From the NCBI GenBank assembly GCA_030765265.1, contig JAVCCZ010000064.1:1-61670 (forward strand): a stretch of 61,670 nucleotides of DNA, written 5' to 3'. Shown here piece after piece: positions 1 through 9,975 of this stretch. Every line of letters begins with the position of its first letter. Position 1 is the stretch's first letter. Below the pieces are notes generated by a model. The model did no database searches, was not told where the DNA came from, and saw nothing but the letters and a program-made list of their open reading frames with translations. The position numbers and the translations under genes are program-made. The DNA comes from Candidatus Erginobacter occultus. GTDB taxonomy: Bacteria; Auribacterota; Erginobacteria; Erginobacterales; Erginobacteraceae.

Positions 1-920
1 CCTTTCTCCTCTTCCGGGTGGTCGGCGGGGATCCGGTCGACCGGGTGGCGGGGCGCTACGCCACCGAGGAGCAGAAGGAGGAACTGCGCCGCCAGCTCGG
101 TTTCGACCGGCCGCTCTGGCCTCCTCCGGGGAGGTTGCTGGCCGGGGACCTCGGGGGGTTTTCCCGCAACCAGCTCTTCTCCCATCTCTACACCACCTTT
201 ACCTTCCAGTTCGGCCGGTCCGAACAGTACCGCCGGACGATCTCGGAGATGATCCGGACCGGGGCCGTCCCCTCGCTCTCCCTCACCGTCCCCGCCTTTA
301 TCATCGGGCTTTTCCTCCAGATCACCATCGCGATGCTCTGCGCCTTTAAGCAGGGGAAGTTCTTCGACCGGGCGGTGGTGGTGTTCTCGGTCTTCGGGAT
401 CTCCGTCCCCTATCTCGCCCTGATCATCTTCGGGCAGGCCTTCCTGGCCGGGCGCTGGGTGCTCTTCCCGATCTACGGCTTCCCGGAGAGTTTCGGTTTT
501 TCGGTGGTTCGCTATGTCGCCCTCCCGGTCCTGCTCGGGGTGGCCGCCGGACTGGGGGCCGGGGTCCGATTTTACCGGACCGTGATCCTCGACGAGACCC
601 GTGCCGACTATGTCCGGACCGCCCGGGCCAAGGGGGTGGGGGAGGGGGGGGTGATGTTCGGCCACGTTTTGAAGAACGCGATGATCCCGATCATCACCCA
701 GGTGGTGGTGGTGATCCCCTTTCTCTTTCTCGGGTCGCTTCTTCTGGAGAGGTTCTTCGCCATCCCGGGGCTGGGTTATATGATGATCGACGCCGTGGCC
801 GGTTCCGATTGGCCGGTGATCAACGCCCTGACCTTTGTCGGGGCCGTGATCTACCTCGGCGCGCTGCTTTTGACCGACCTCCTCTACGCGCTGGTCGATC
901 CCCGGGTGACTTTGAAATGA
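1..920 (+). CDS. ABC peptide/nickel-type importer permease (DppB/OppB-like), 5' end outside window
   Basis: The frame is open from nt 3 (FLLFRVVGGDP...), so the listed ORF 18..920 is truncated by the window edge. Multi-TM protein with the binding-protein-dependent permease loop (ETRADYVRTARAKGVGE...MFGHVLKNAMIPI). First gene of a permease-permease-ATPase-ATPase set. Confidence 0.85.
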   Translation, partial: FLLFRVVGGDPVDRVAGRYATEEQKEELRRQLGFDRPLWPPPGRLLAGDLGGFSRNQLFSHLYTTFTFQFGRSEQYRRTISEMIRTGAVPSLSLTVPAFIIGLFLQITIAMLCAFKQGKFFDRAVVVFSVFGISVPYLALIIFGQAFLAGRWVLFPIYGFPESFGFSVVRYVALPVLLGVAAGLGAGVRFYRTVILDETRADYVRTARAKGVGEGGVMFGHVLKNAMIPIITQVVVVIPFLFLGSLLLERFFAIPGLGYMMIDAVAGSDWPVINALTFVGAVIYLGALLLTDLLYALVDPRVTLK

Positions 921-1834
921 TTATGAATGCCGGCGGAAAATCCCAAGGTTACTGGATCTCGGCGGGGCGGGAGGTGCTCGGCCGGCCCCGGGCGGCCGCC
1001 GCGCTGGCCGTGATCCTGCTTTACCTGGCGGTGACCGTCTGGGTCTATTCCGGTTACCGGGTCCCCGACTGGGAGAGCGAGAATTTCGAGCTGGCCTACC
1101 GGCCGCCGTCCCTGGCCCATCCTTTCGGAACCGATATCTACGGCCGGGACGTCCTGGCCAAGACGATCTACGGGACCAGGATCGCCATCACCGTGGCCCT
1201 GACCGCCTCGGTCCTGGCGGCAGCGATCGGGCTGGCCCTGGGGCTGCTGGCCGGGTATTTCGGGGGCCGGCTCGACGATCTCATCACCTGGCTCTACTCC
1301 ACCCTCCAGGCGATCCCCTACATCCTCTTGATCCTGGCCTTCGCCTTTGTCCTCCAGGACCGGCGGTTCTCGCTCCTCGGACTCCAGTTCCGGATCCGGG
1401 GGATCAACGCCGTCTACCTGGCCCTCGGCCTGACCGGCTGGGTCGGGCTCTGCCGGCTGATCCGGGGGGAGACGATCAAGCATCGGGACCGGGAATATGT
1501 AATTGCCGCCCGGGCCCTGGGGGCGTCTTCCTTCCGGCTCATCCTCCGCCAGATCCTCCCCAACGTCGTTCACCTGGCCGTGATCACCATCTCGCTGGGG
1601 TTTATCAGCTATATCCACGCCGAGGTGATCTTGAGTTTTCTCGGCCTGGGGGTGAAGAATGTCCCCAGCTGGGGGGTGATGATCGACGACGCCAAGCTGG
1701 AGCTGTTCCGGGGCGTCTGGTGGCAGCTGGCGGCAGCCACGGCCGCCATCTTCTTTATCAGCCTCAGCCTCCATATCTTCGGCGACGCCGTCCGCGACGC
1801 CCTCGATCCCCGGCAGCGGGGGGAGGGGGGATGA
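917..1834 (+). CDS. ABC peptide/nickel-type importer permease (DppC/OppC-like)
   Basis: The ATG at 917 overlaps the upstream stop (ATGA), whereas the listed start at 809 lies inside the upstream gene. Motifs YGRDVLAKTIYGTRIAI and REYVIAARALGASSFRLILRQILPNV are typical of OppC/DppC permeases. Confidence 0.85.
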   Translation: MIMNAGGKSQGYWISAGREVLGRPRAAAALAVILLYLAVTVWVYSGYRVPDWESENFELAYRPPSLAHPFGTDIYGRDVLAKTIYGTRIAITVALTASVLAAAIGLALGLLAGYFGGRLDDLITWLYSTLQAIPYILLILAFAFVLQDRRFSLLGLQFRIRGINAVYLALGLTGWVGLCRLIRGETIKHRDREYVIAARALGASSFRLILRQILPNVVHLAVITISLGFISYIHAEVILSFLGLGVKNVPSWGVMIDDAKLELFRGVWWQLAAATAAIFFISLSLHIFGDAVRDALDPRQRGEGG

Positions 1835-1930
1835 GAATTCGCTTTCTTTCTGGGAGAAGGGATATAACACTATGGAGCGTTGGAATGATAAAATGATGGA
1901 GTATCACAATACTTCGGAATATTAATACCG

Positions 1931-2959
1931 ATGAATTCAAGACTCGATTCTCAGAAGCCGGCAAGCCGGGGAGACCCGGGCCCCGTGCTCCAGGCGGCCG
2001 GGCTCCATACTTACTTTGAAATCGGCGGGGCGGTCTTCCCGGCCGTCCGCGGGGTGGATTTTACCCTGGAACGGGGCCGGACCCTGGGGCTGGTCGGGGA
2101 GTCGGGCTGCGGGAAGACGGTGACCGCGCTCTCTCTGATGGGGCTGGTCCCGCCCCCGGGGAGGATCGTCTCCGGGAGTATCCGGCTCCGGGACCGGGAA
2201 GGCAGCCCGCGGGAGCTGACCACCCTTCCGGAGAAGAAGCTGCGCCGGATCCGGGGGCGGGAGATGGGGATGATCTTCCAGGAGCCGATGACTTCCCTCA
2301 ACCCGGTCTTCACGGTTGGGGAGCAGATCCGGGAAGCGATCCTGGTCCACGAACCGGTGGGGAGGCGGGCCGCCCGGGAGCGGGCGCTCGGGCTGCTGGA
2401 AGACGTGAATATCCCCGACCCCGCCGGCCGCTGGGGGGATTATCCCCACCAGCTCTCGGGGGGGCAGCGCCAGCGGGTGATGATCGCCATCGCCCTGGCC
2501 TGCAACCCGGGGGTCCTGATCGCCGACGAGCCGACCACCGCCCTCGACGTGACCGTCCAGGCCCGGATCCTGGAGCTGATCTCCCGGCTCCGCGACCGCC
2601 ACCGGATGGCGGTTCTCCTGGTCACCCACGATCTGGGGGTGGTCGCCCAGGCGACCGAGCGGGTGGCGGTGATGTACCTGGGAAGGATCGTGGAGTCCGC
2701 CGAGACCCGCCGGCTCTTCGCCAATCCCGGCCACCACTATACCCGGGCCCTGCTCGATTCCGTCCCCCGGCTGGGGGAAGAGAAACGGCGGCTGCGGACC
2801 GTCCGGGGGTCCGTCCCCGCCCTGAGCCGGATCCCCTCCGGGTGCTCATTCCACCCCCGCTGCCCCCGGGCGGAGGAGATCTGCCGGCGGGAGAGTCCGC
2901 AACCCCGGGAAGTCGGGCCCGGCCACCGGGTCGAATGCCACTTCCCCTTAAACCAATAA
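1931..2959 (+). CDS. ABC transporter ATP-binding protein (DppD/OppD-like)
   Basis: Walker A GESGCGKT, signature [12 protein letters not shown], Walker [12 protein letters not shown], and a C-terminal oligopeptide-type Cys motif (CSFHPRCP). Confidence 0.9.
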   Translation: MNSRLDSQKPASRGDPGPVLQAAGLHTYFEIGGAVFPAVRGVDFTLERGRTLGLVGESGCGKTVTALSLMGLVPPPGRIVSGSIRLRDREGSPRELTTLPEKKLRRIRGREMGMIFQEPMTSLNPVFTVGEQIREAILVHEPVGRRAARERALGLLEDVNIPDPAGRWGDYPHQLSGGQRQRVMIAIALACNPGVLIADEPTTALDVTVQARILELISRLRDRHRMAVLLVTHDLGVVAQATERVAVMYLGRIVESAETRRLFANPGHHYTRALLDSVPRLGEEKRRLRTVRGSVPALSRIPSGCSFHPRCPRAEEICRRESPQPREVGPGHRVECHFPLNQ

Positions 2960-3303
2960 AATAATGAACCGCGGAGAACGCAAAGGACGCGGAGGGTTGT
3001 CAGTTCCATCTCTAAAATCGAGTTTTGATCCGGCAATACCGGGGATACCGAAACGGGAAGGGATTCTTAATAGAGCTTTTTCTATTCTCCGCGTTCTTTG
3101 CGTTCTTTGCGGTTCGAAAAATAAACAGTGAAAAATAATGAACCGCGGAGAACGCAAAGGACGCGGAGGGTTGTCAGTTCCATCTCTAAAATCGAGTTTT
3201 GATCCGGCATTACCGGGGATACCGAAACGGGAAGGGATTTTTAATATAGCATTTTCTATTCTCCGCGCTCTTTGCGTTCTCTGCGGTTCAAATAAAAAGT
3301 GTG
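2958..3303. repeat. Two tandem ~174-bp copies of a TIR-bounded MITE-like element
   Basis: Unit 1 (2958-3131) and unit 2 (3132-3303) align base for base with few mismatches. Each is bounded by ~29-nt inverted termini (GAACCGCGGAGAACGCAAAGGACGCGGAG ... CTCCGCGTTCTTTGCGTTCTTTGCGGTTC). Confidence 0.85.
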
Positions 3304-3319
3304 TGGTAGGGTGTGAGGT

Positions 3320-4306
3320 ATGACAGGCGGGAAAGAAGATAACGGGATTCTGCTCGAGGCCCGGGGGCTGAAGAAGTATTTTCCGGTCAGGCGGGGGCTC
3401 TGGCGGCGGACGGCGGGATATATCAAGGCGGGGGACGGGGTCAGCCTCCGGATCGAACGGGGGAAGACCCTGGGGGTGGTGGGGGAGACCGGTTCCGGGA
3501 AGTCCACCCTGGGGCGGATGCTTTTGCGGCTGCTCCCGGCCGACGAGGGAGAAGTTTTCTTTGACGGCCGTGACCTGCTGAAGATGGGGGGGCGGGAGCT
3601 GAAATCGGCCCGGCGCCGGATGCAGATCATCTTCCAGGACCCGTACGGCTCGCTCAACCCCCGGATGCGGGTGGGGGAGATCGTCTCCGAAGGCCTGGTC
3701 AATTTCCGGGTCGGGACCCGGCGGGAGCGGGAGGCCCGGACCGCCCGGCTCCTGGAGCGGGTCGGCCTGCCCCCGGAAGCCGCCGCCCTCTACCCGCACG
3801 AGTTCTCCGGCGGGCAGCGGCAGCGGATCGGGATCGCCCGGGCCCTCGCCCTCAACCCGGCCTTCATCCTCTGCGACGAGCCGGTCTCCTCGCTCGACGT
3901 CTCGATCCAGGCCCAGATCCTCAACCTTCTGGCCGATCTCCAGGAAGAGTTTTCGCTCGCCTACCTGATCATCGCCCACGACTTGAGCGTGGTCGAACAT
4001 ATCTCGGACCGGGTGGCGGTGATGTACTCGGGAAGGATCGTCGAGGAAGCCTCCAGCCGCGACCTCTACCGGGAGCCGGCCCACCCTTATACCCGGGCCC
4101 TGCTCGCCTCGATCCCGGTCCCCGATCCGGACGCCCCACCGCCCGGCGCCGCCGCGGACCGGGAGATCGCTCCGGAGGGGGAGCCCGCCGAGGGCTGCCG
4201 ATTTTATCCCCGCTGTCCCCGGCGGCGGGACCGCTGCCGGGAACGCCCGCCCGAACTGGCCGAGGTCGCCCCCGGCCACCTGGCCGCCTGTTTCCTGGCG
4301 GAATAA
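3320..4306 (+). CDS. ABC transporter ATP-binding protein (DppF/OppF-like)
   Basis: Walker A GETGSGKST, signature FSGGQRQRIGIARAL, Walker B ILCDEPVSSLD, and C-terminal CRFYPRCP. A GAGG-type SD lies upstream of the ATG. Confidence 0.9.
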   Translation: MTGGKEDNGILLEARGLKKYFPVRRGLWRRTAGYIKAGDGVSLRIERGKTLGVVGETGSGKSTLGRMLLRLLPADEGEVFFDGRDLLKMGGRELKSARRRMQIIFQDPYGSLNPRMRVGEIVSEGLVNFRVGTRREREARTARLLERVGLPPEAAALYPHEFSGGQRQRIGIARALALNPAFILCDEPVSSLDVSIQAQILNLLADLQEEFSLAYLIIAHDLSVVEHISDRVAVMYSGRIVEEASSRDLYREPAHPYTRALLASIPVPDPDAPPPGAAADREIAPEGEPAEGCRFYPRCPRRRDRCRERPPELAEVAPGHLAACFLAE

Positions 4307-4365
4307 TTCTTGTGTCCCGGCCGGGGAAAGAGCTAGATTAGTCAAGAGGTTATTCCACAGCCGCT

Positions 4366-6159
4366 ATGGAGCAATTGCCCAGCGGGCGAATTTCAATGAA
4401 GAAATACTGGATCCTTATATCCGTCGGAGTTTTGGCGGCGGCGGCGCTTTTGATTTTATTTCCCTGGATCCGCGGCTTGCTTCCCGTTGCCGGACGGGGG
4501 GTGGTTGAAGTAATTTCGGTGCCCCGCGCCCTCTACCGGGAATTTTCCCTCGACGAGCTGATCCCGGACCGGACCGGATTGATGATCCGGGTCCGCTCGG
4601 CGGAATATATCTGGGGGAGGCTGGTCAGGGAACTGTCGGCTTCTCCCCTCTGGCGGGAGGAGCGGATCGAAGAGAGACTGGAGGCGGCGCGGAAAAACTT
4701 CGAAGCCCGCTCCGGTTTCGGGATCGACCGGTCGCGGATAATGGAAGTGGCGGGGCAGGATCTCGCCCTGGCGGTTGTCCCTTCCGGCGGGGTTTCTCCG
4801 GAGGCGGTGCTCCTGCTCTCCCGGCTCGGGACCCGGGCCCGGCTGATGGAGATTTTTCTCCGGCTCGGGGATACCTTAAAGGAAGAGGGCCGCCGGTTGT
4901 TCCAAGAAGAGGTCTACCGGGGAGAGAAGATTGTGACCGTCGAGACCGGGGACGATTTTCCCGTTCCGGTTGCCTATTGCCTGCTCGACGGCTACCTGGC
5001 GGCCGCCGTATCCGATAACCCGGCATCGCTGCTCCGGGAGGTGATCGATCTTTCCCGGGGGGAGGGCGACGCCCTGGCCGCTTCCCGGGATTTTACCGCC
5101 GCTCTCGACGCGACCGGATTTTCTCCTTCCACCTTGCTCGAATGCTACCTGAGACCGGAAGGCTATCCCTCCGGACTCGGCGATTATCTTCCCCCCGGGG
5201 ACTTCGCCGAGGCGGCGGTCTGGGCGGAGGTGGCCGTGCAGTCCCTGGAAACCTGCCGGGCGATCGGTTTCCGGGCCGGATACCGGGAAGGGGCGCGGAC
5301 CCGGCTCCGGGTTGTCCTGAAGGGAGAAGACCGCTCCCCGACGCCGGACCCGGTCCCCGGAGACCGGGTTTCTCTTCCGGGAGGAAAGATGCTTTACGGG
5401 TTTATTGCCGCCGACCCCTCCCCGGCCGTGGAGAGCCTCGCCGGCCTGCTGGCGGCGCTGGGGTTCGGGGTCGGAGACGATACCTTTCCCGGGCTGGCCG
5501 GCTGGGAGCAGGAATCCGGGCTCAGCCTCCGCCGGGATATCCTCCCGGTCCTGGGCCACCGGTCGGGGTTGGTCCTGGGCGGCCTGACCGGCGGGGAGTT
5601 TCTCCCCGTTCCCCCCTTCGCCCTGGTCAGTTCCGTCACCGACCGGGCGGCGGCGGCGGCGGTGATGAACTCGATCGTCTCCTGGACCGTGCTCGACCGG
5701 GGGCACCGCCCGGTCCGGGAAACCTACAACGGGGTGGAGTTGACCTTCTTCCCCGGTCTCCTTTTCCACGAGCCGGGCTACGCCCTCTCGGATAACGAAC
5801 TGGCGATCGCCGGTTCCCGGGAGATGCTGAAATCGGTGGTCGATCTCTGGGCCCGGCCGGGGGCGGCCGTGGAGAACGAACCGCTCTTCGCGCGGGCGAC
5901 CGCCGAATTCGATCCCGCCGCCGCCTTGACGGTCTATCTCGACGGAAAGATTCTTCTCGACTCCTTCCGGGCCGCCGCCGACTGGTATTTCGCCTATCAG
6001 CGGCTGGACGCGGGAGAACCGGTGGTCCCGGAAAGTATTTACCGGGAGAAGATCGCCCCGCTCCTCGACCTTCTCCGGATCGTCCGGTCCGCGTCCGCGA
6101 CCCTGGGACGCGAGAAGAATATTGTCAAACAAGATTGCTTCCTATATATTCCGGAATAA
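4366..6159 (+). CDS. Hypothetical membrane-anchored protein (single N-terminal TM, large extracytoplasmic domain)
   Basis: Long ORF with the codon bias of its neighbours. N-terminal KKYWILISVGVLAAAALLILFPW hydrophobic anchor. No motif I can name. The start could instead be the ATG at 4396. Confidence 0.55.
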   Translation: MEQLPSGRISMKKYWILISVGVLAAAALLILFPWIRGLLPVAGRGVVEVISVPRALYREFSLDELIPDRTGLMIRVRSAEYIWGRLVRELSASPLWREERIEERLEAARKNFEARSGFGIDRSRIMEVAGQDLALAVVPSGGVSPEAVLLLSRLGTRARLMEIFLRLGDTLKEEGRRLFQEEVYRGEKIVTVETGDDFPVPVAYCLLDGYLAAAVSDNPASLLREVIDLSRGEGDALAASRDFTAALDATGFSPSTLLECYLRPEGYPSGLGDYLPPGDFAEAAVWAEVAVQSLETCRAIGFRAGYREGARTRLRVVLKGEDRSPTPDPVPGDRVSLPGGKMLYGFIAADPSPAVESLAGLLAALGFGVGDDTFPGLAGWEQESGLSLRRDILPVLGHRSGLVLGGLTGGEFLPVPPFALVSSVTDRAAAAAVMNSIVSWTVLDRGHRPVRETYNGVELTFFPGLLFHEPGYALSDNELAIAGSREMLKSVVDLWARPGAAVENEPLFARATAEFDPAAALTVYLDGKILLDSFRAAADWYFAYQRLDAGEPVVPESIYREKIAPLLDLLRIVRSASATLGREKNIVKQDCFLYIPE

Positions 6160-6204
6160 TGACGGAAGGGAAACCGGGAGTCGGGATGGCGCGGACCTCC
6201 TCCA

Positions 6205-6288
6205 GCCGAAGTGGTGGAAATGGCAGACACGCATGGTTGAGGGCCATGTGAGGGAAACCTCTTGGGGGTTCGAATCCCCCCTTCGGCA
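6205..6288 (+). tRNA. tRNA-Leu (anticodon GAG), type II long variable arm, no encoded CCA
   Basis: Cloverleaf readable by eye. Acceptor GCCGAAG/CTTCGGC plus discriminator A; D arm GTGG..CAC; anticodon stem CATGG/CCATG with loop TTGAGGG. Variable arm GAGG-GAAA-CCTC; T arm GGGGG-TTCGAAT-CCCCC. Confidence 0.93.
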
Positions 6289-6400
6289 TCAGCGGCATAA
6301 ATTTAGTTTTTTTTTCTTGCTATTTTAACCCGGGCTGTCCTACAGTAAGAGAAATCTCTAAACTGGCCCTTGTTCTCCGGGGCACAATAAGGAGTAGAGT

Positions 6401-7060
6401 ATGATGAGAAAAACGGTCGTGGCGATAGCGGGAGTATGCCTGATTCTCGGATGGGCCGGATTGAGCTGGGGACAGGCCTATCTCGATCGGGGACTGGGAG
6501 ATGCCGGGCACGTCGATTCCTGGGAGCCCTACAGCGTCGGCAAGCAGCTGATCTCCGTCTCCTGCCGTCCCGGTGTGGGCGCCCGGGTCGCTTATTTTTT
6601 CCCGTATTCCAATGACGGTGTCGACAGCGAGATCGCTTACGAAGGGATCCTCTCCTATATGGTAAGCAGCAACTTCGCCACCGCCCTCTCGGTCGGCTAT
6701 ACCGCGCCGACCTGGAACTACCCGATCAGCGGGGAATCGAAGCTGACCTATATCAACCTGACCTTCGAGCTGCGGGGGAGTCCGACCCCGGAGTTCGGCC
6801 TTTACCTCGGTTTCGGGCCGAGTATGATCTTCAACGACTTCGACAGCGATACCGACTTCAGTGTCCGGGGCCGGGATTCCTTCGGGATGCACGTCGCGAT
6901 CGGGTTCGATTACTGCATTACCCAGGACCTGGTCTTCAATATCGACGTCAAGCATCTCTGGTTTCTCGAAGATTACAAGTACAGCGAGGACGGCGGCCCC
7001 GTCGAGAAAGAGAAGCTCGACAGCGTAATTATGGGCGCCGGGTTTAAGTATTTCTTCTAA
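6401..7060 (+). CDS. Small outer-membrane beta-barrel protein (OmpW/porin-like)
   Basis: Signal peptide MMRKTVVAIAGVCLILGWAGLSWGQA, alternating amphipathic strands, and a C-terminal aromatic signature GAGFKYFF. AAGGAG SD upstream. Confidence 0.7.
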   Translation: MMRKTVVAIAGVCLILGWAGLSWGQAYLDRGLGDAGHVDSWEPYSVGKQLISVSCRPGVGARVAYFFPYSNDGVDSEIAYEGILSYMVSSNFATALSVGYTAPTWNYPISGESKLTYINLTFELRGSPTPEFGLYLGFGPSMIFNDFDSDTDFSVRGRDSFGMHVAIGFDYCITQDLVFNIDVKHLWFLEDYKYSEDGGPVEKEKLDSVIMGAGFKYFF

Positions 7061-7111
7061 ACCGGCGAAGACGGAACCGCCGCCTGGCCGATAATGTCTT
7101 TCCGGTTCCTG

Positions 7112-7150
7112 ACGGGGCGCACGTCTTTTGTGGGCCCCGTTCTTTCTGTC
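7112..7150 (+). terminator. Candidate intrinsic terminator after the OM barrel gene
   Basis: ACGGGGCGCAC / GTGGGCCCCGT form an 11-bp stem with one mismatch and a 7-nt loop, followed by T-rich TCTTTCTGT. Confidence 0.45.
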
Positions 7151-7205
7151 CGGATCGGGTAGTTCCCCGCCGCCGGGCCGGCATTCCGGAAATAGCGAAA
7201 AATAG

Positions 7206-9554
7206 GTGACTCTTATGCGGATGAGAAGATTATTGAAACTGACCCTGAGCGTGGCTCCGGCGTTCTGGCTTTTTCCCGGGCCGGCCGGGGCCGAGACCGT
7301 TTCCGGGGCTTCATCTACTCCCTTAATCTGGTGGATAGCTCCCCTGGCCTCTCTTCTGGCCATCGCCCTGGCCCTTTTCCTCTACCGCCGGATGATGGTT
7401 AACTCGGAAGGGAACGAGAAGATGCGGGAGATCGCCCGGTATATCCGGGAAGGGTCCTTCGCCTACCTCCAGCGCCAGTACCGGGTGGTTTCGATGGTCT
7501 TCGGCCTCTTCTTTCTCATCTTCGTGGCGATGGCGGTCTTCGGACTCCAGAATCCTTTTCTCCCGGTGGCCTTCCTGACCGGGGGTTTCTTCTCCGCCCT
7601 CTGCGGTTTCCTCGGGATGAAGACCGCCACCAACGCTTCGGCCCGGACGGCCGAGGGCTGCCGGAATTCTCTTAACTCCGGTCTCCAGGTCGCCTTCCGT
7701 TCAGGGGCGGTGATGGGTCTGGTCGTGGTCGGCTTCGGTCTCCTGGATATCTCGATCTGGTACCTGATCCTCGACCGGCTGATCTATACCGCCGAGAATA
7801 TGCGGGAAGGTTATAATTTCCTTGGGATGACCCTGGTCGAGTCCGGGATCGGGCCCCAGGAGAAACTGGTCCAGATCACCACCACGATGATCACCTTCGG
7901 GATGGGGGCCTCGACGCAGGCCCTCTTCGCCCGGGTCGGCGGCGGGATCTATACCAAGGCGGCCGACGTCGGGGCCGACCTGGTCGGGAAAGTCGAGGCC
8001 GGGATCCCCGAAGACGATCCCCGCAACCCCGCCACCATCGCCGACAACGTCGGCGATAACGTCGGCGACGTGGCCGGGATGGGCGCCGATCTCTACGAGT
8101 CCTACTACGGCTCAATTCTCGCCACCGCCGCCCTGGGGGCGGCCCTTCCCCTGGCGGCCGGTTCCTTCGGCGGAATCCGGGCGGTCACCGCCCCGATGGT
8201 GGTGGCCGGACTGGGCATCATTTTCTCGATTCTCGGCATCTTTATGGTCCGGACCCGGGAGGATGCCAGCCAGAAGTCCCTGCTCCGGGCCCTCCTCGCC
8301 GGGACGCTGGGGTCCACCATCCTGATCCTGGCCGCCGTCGCCGGGATGGCGATCGCCGGCTTCATCCCCTGGGGGATCTTCGGCTCGGTGACGACCGGGC
8401 TGCTCGCCGGGGTGATTATCGGCCAGTCCACCGAGCACTATACCAGCGACGAATATAAACCGACCCGGGGGATCGCCGAGCAGGCCCAGATGGGGCCGGC
8501 CACCGCGATCATCGACGGGATGGCGGTGGGGATGTTCTCCACGGCCATCCCGGTGGTGACGATCGTGATCGGTATTCTCTGCGCCTACGGTTTCGCCGGC
8601 GGGTTCGGCCATATGGCCGCCGGCCTCTACGGGATCGGTTTCGCCGCGGTCGGGATGCTCTCCACCCTGGGGATCACCCTGGCCACCGACGCCTACGGTC
8701 CGATCGCCGACAACGCCGGCGGCAACGCCGAGATGGCCGGGCTGCCGCCCCGGGTCCGGGAGCGGACCGACGCCCTCGACGCGATGGGTAACACCACCGC
8801 CGCCACCGGCAAGGGCTTCGCGATCGGTTCCGCCGCCCTGACCGCGATGGCGCTCCTGGCCGCCTATATGGACCAGGTCAAGCTCTGGGCGGGGAAGGCC
8901 GCCGGCGAAGGAGTCCCGGCAGCCGCCGCCGGGGTCGCGGGGTTCCTCGACGCTTATGATATTACCCTGCTCAACCCGCTGCTGCTCTGCGGGATCTTTC
9001 TCGGCGCGATGATGTCGTTTCTCTTCTGCGCGATGACGATGAAGGCGGTGGGCCGGGCGGCCGGCTCGATGGTCGAGGAGGTCCGCCGTCAGTTCAAGGA
9101 GATCCCGGGGATCCTGGAAGGAACCGGCAAACCCGATTACGCCCGCTGCGTGGCTATCTCCACCGCCGGCGCCCAGAAGGAGATGGTGGTCCCGGCCCTG
9201 CTGGCGATCATCGTCCCCCTGCTGACCGGTCTGATCCTCGGGGTGGCCGGGGTGATGGGGCTGCTGGCCGGGGGGCTGACCACCGGGTTCGCCCTGGCCT
9301 GCCTGCTGAATAACGCCGGCGGGGCCTGGGACAACGCCAAGAAATACATCGAAAAGGGGAAGTTCGGGGGCAAGGGTTCGGAGACCCACAAAGCGGCGGT
9401 GGTGGGGGATACGGTCGGCGATCCCTTTAAGGATACCTCCGGCCCCTCTCTGAATATCCTGATCAAATTGATGGCGATGGTCAGCGTCGTCTTTGCCGGG
9501 CTGGTGGTCAAGTTCTCCCCGATCATCGCCGGCGGCATATTCGGGATCAGGTAA
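7206..9554 (+). CDS. hppA: Membrane-integral cation-pumping pyrophosphatase (M-PPase)
   Basis: Diagnostic motifs [55 protein letters not shown] and [20 protein letters not shown], plus [22 protein letters not shown]. The precise start (GTG 7206, ATG 7215 or ATG 7221) is uncertain. Confidence 0.93.
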   Translation: MTLMRMRRLLKLTLSVAPAFWLFPGPAGAETVSGASSTPLIWWIAPLASLLAIALALFLYRRMMVNSEGNEKMREIARYIREGSFAYLQRQYRVVSMVFGLFFLIFVAMAVFGLQNPFLPVAFLTGGFFSALCGFLGMKTATNASARTAEGCRNSLNSGLQVAFRSGAVMGLVVVGFGLLDISIWYLILDRLIYTAENMREGYNFLGMTLVESGIGPQEKLVQITTTMITFGMGASTQALFARVGGGIYTKAADVGADLVGKVEAGIPEDDPRNPATIADNVGDNVGDVAGMGADLYESYYGSILATAALGAALPLAAGSFGGIRAVTAPMVVAGLGIIFSILGIFMVRTREDASQKSLLRALLAGTLGSTILILAAVAGMAIAGFIPWGIFGSVTTGLLAGVIIGQSTEHYTSDEYKPTRGIAEQAQMGPATAIIDGMAVGMFSTAIPVVTIVIGILCAYGFAGGFGHMAAGLYGIGFAAVGMLSTLGITLATDAYGPIADNAGGNAEMAGLPPRVRERTDALDAMGNTTAATGKGFAIGSAALTAMALLAAYMDQVKLWAGKAAGEGVPAAAAGVAGFLDAYDITLLNPLLLCGIFLGAMMSFLFCAMTMKAVGRAAGSMVEEVRRQFKEIPGILEGTGKPDYARCVAISTAGAQKEMVVPALLAIIVPLLTGLILGVAGVMGLLAGGLTTGFALACLLNNAGGAWDNAKKYIEKGKFGGKGSETHKAAVVGDTVGDPFKDTSGPSLNILIKLMAMVSVVFAGLVVKFSPIIAGGIFGIR

Positions 9555-9561
9555 GACGGTG

Positions 9562-9975
9562 ATGGAAGAACGGCTCTTTATCGGCTGGGGTTATAAACTA
9601 CTTAAAGTTCTGCTCTGCTTCTTGATCATCGCCGGGATAATTTTTCTGGTCAAATTGATAATAGACCGGATCCCTCCCGACCGGGAACCTCACCGCCCCC
9701 AGCTGGAATTACTGGAGCGAGCCTACGAGTACCGGAAAGCGGAGATGATCCGCAATGCAGCAGAGAGGGTGGAGAACGCCCCCAACGAGGTGCTGGCGAT
9801 CCAGTATCAGCAGGAATTAAACAGCGGACTTGATCTTCTGCTGCAGCGCTACTACGCCGATCAGCAGTCCATCCTTGATTCCGATTACCGGGTCCTCGAC
9901 GATCACTGGGCCCAAGAGCTGAAGACGATATCCCCCGGAGGAGTAGATGCCACGGCCTCGCCGCTGGAACCATAA
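9562..9975 (+). CDS. Hypothetical small single-pass membrane protein
   Basis: The ATG at 9562 lies just after the hppA stop, whereas the listed start at 9493 overlaps hppA. One TM ([22 protein letters not shown]) followed by a charged helical tail. Confidence 0.5.
   Translation: MEERLFIGWGYKLLKVLLCFLIIAGIIFLVKLIIDRIPPDREPHRPQLELLERAYEYRKAEMIRNAAERVENAPNEVLAIQYQQELNSGLDLLLQRYYADQQSILDSDYRVLDDHWAQELKTISPGGVDATASPLEP

Noticed and set aside
2958-3303. Possible CRISPR array, because of regularly repeated sequence.
   Set aside because: There are only two units of ~174 bp, directly abutting with no unique spacers. Each unit is an inverted-repeat-bounded element. No cas genes are nearby.
3138-3323. 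61-aa ORF inside the tandem MITE, and the repeat-spanning parts of ORF 2948..4345(-).
   Set aside because: The reading frames are created by the repeat units themselves (translations such as NRGERKGRGG recur with each copy). There is no SD and no independent coding signal.
6122-6328. 68-aa ORF overlapping the tRNA-Leu gene.
   Set aside because: It is fully explained by the tRNA sequence and flanks, and it has no coding features.
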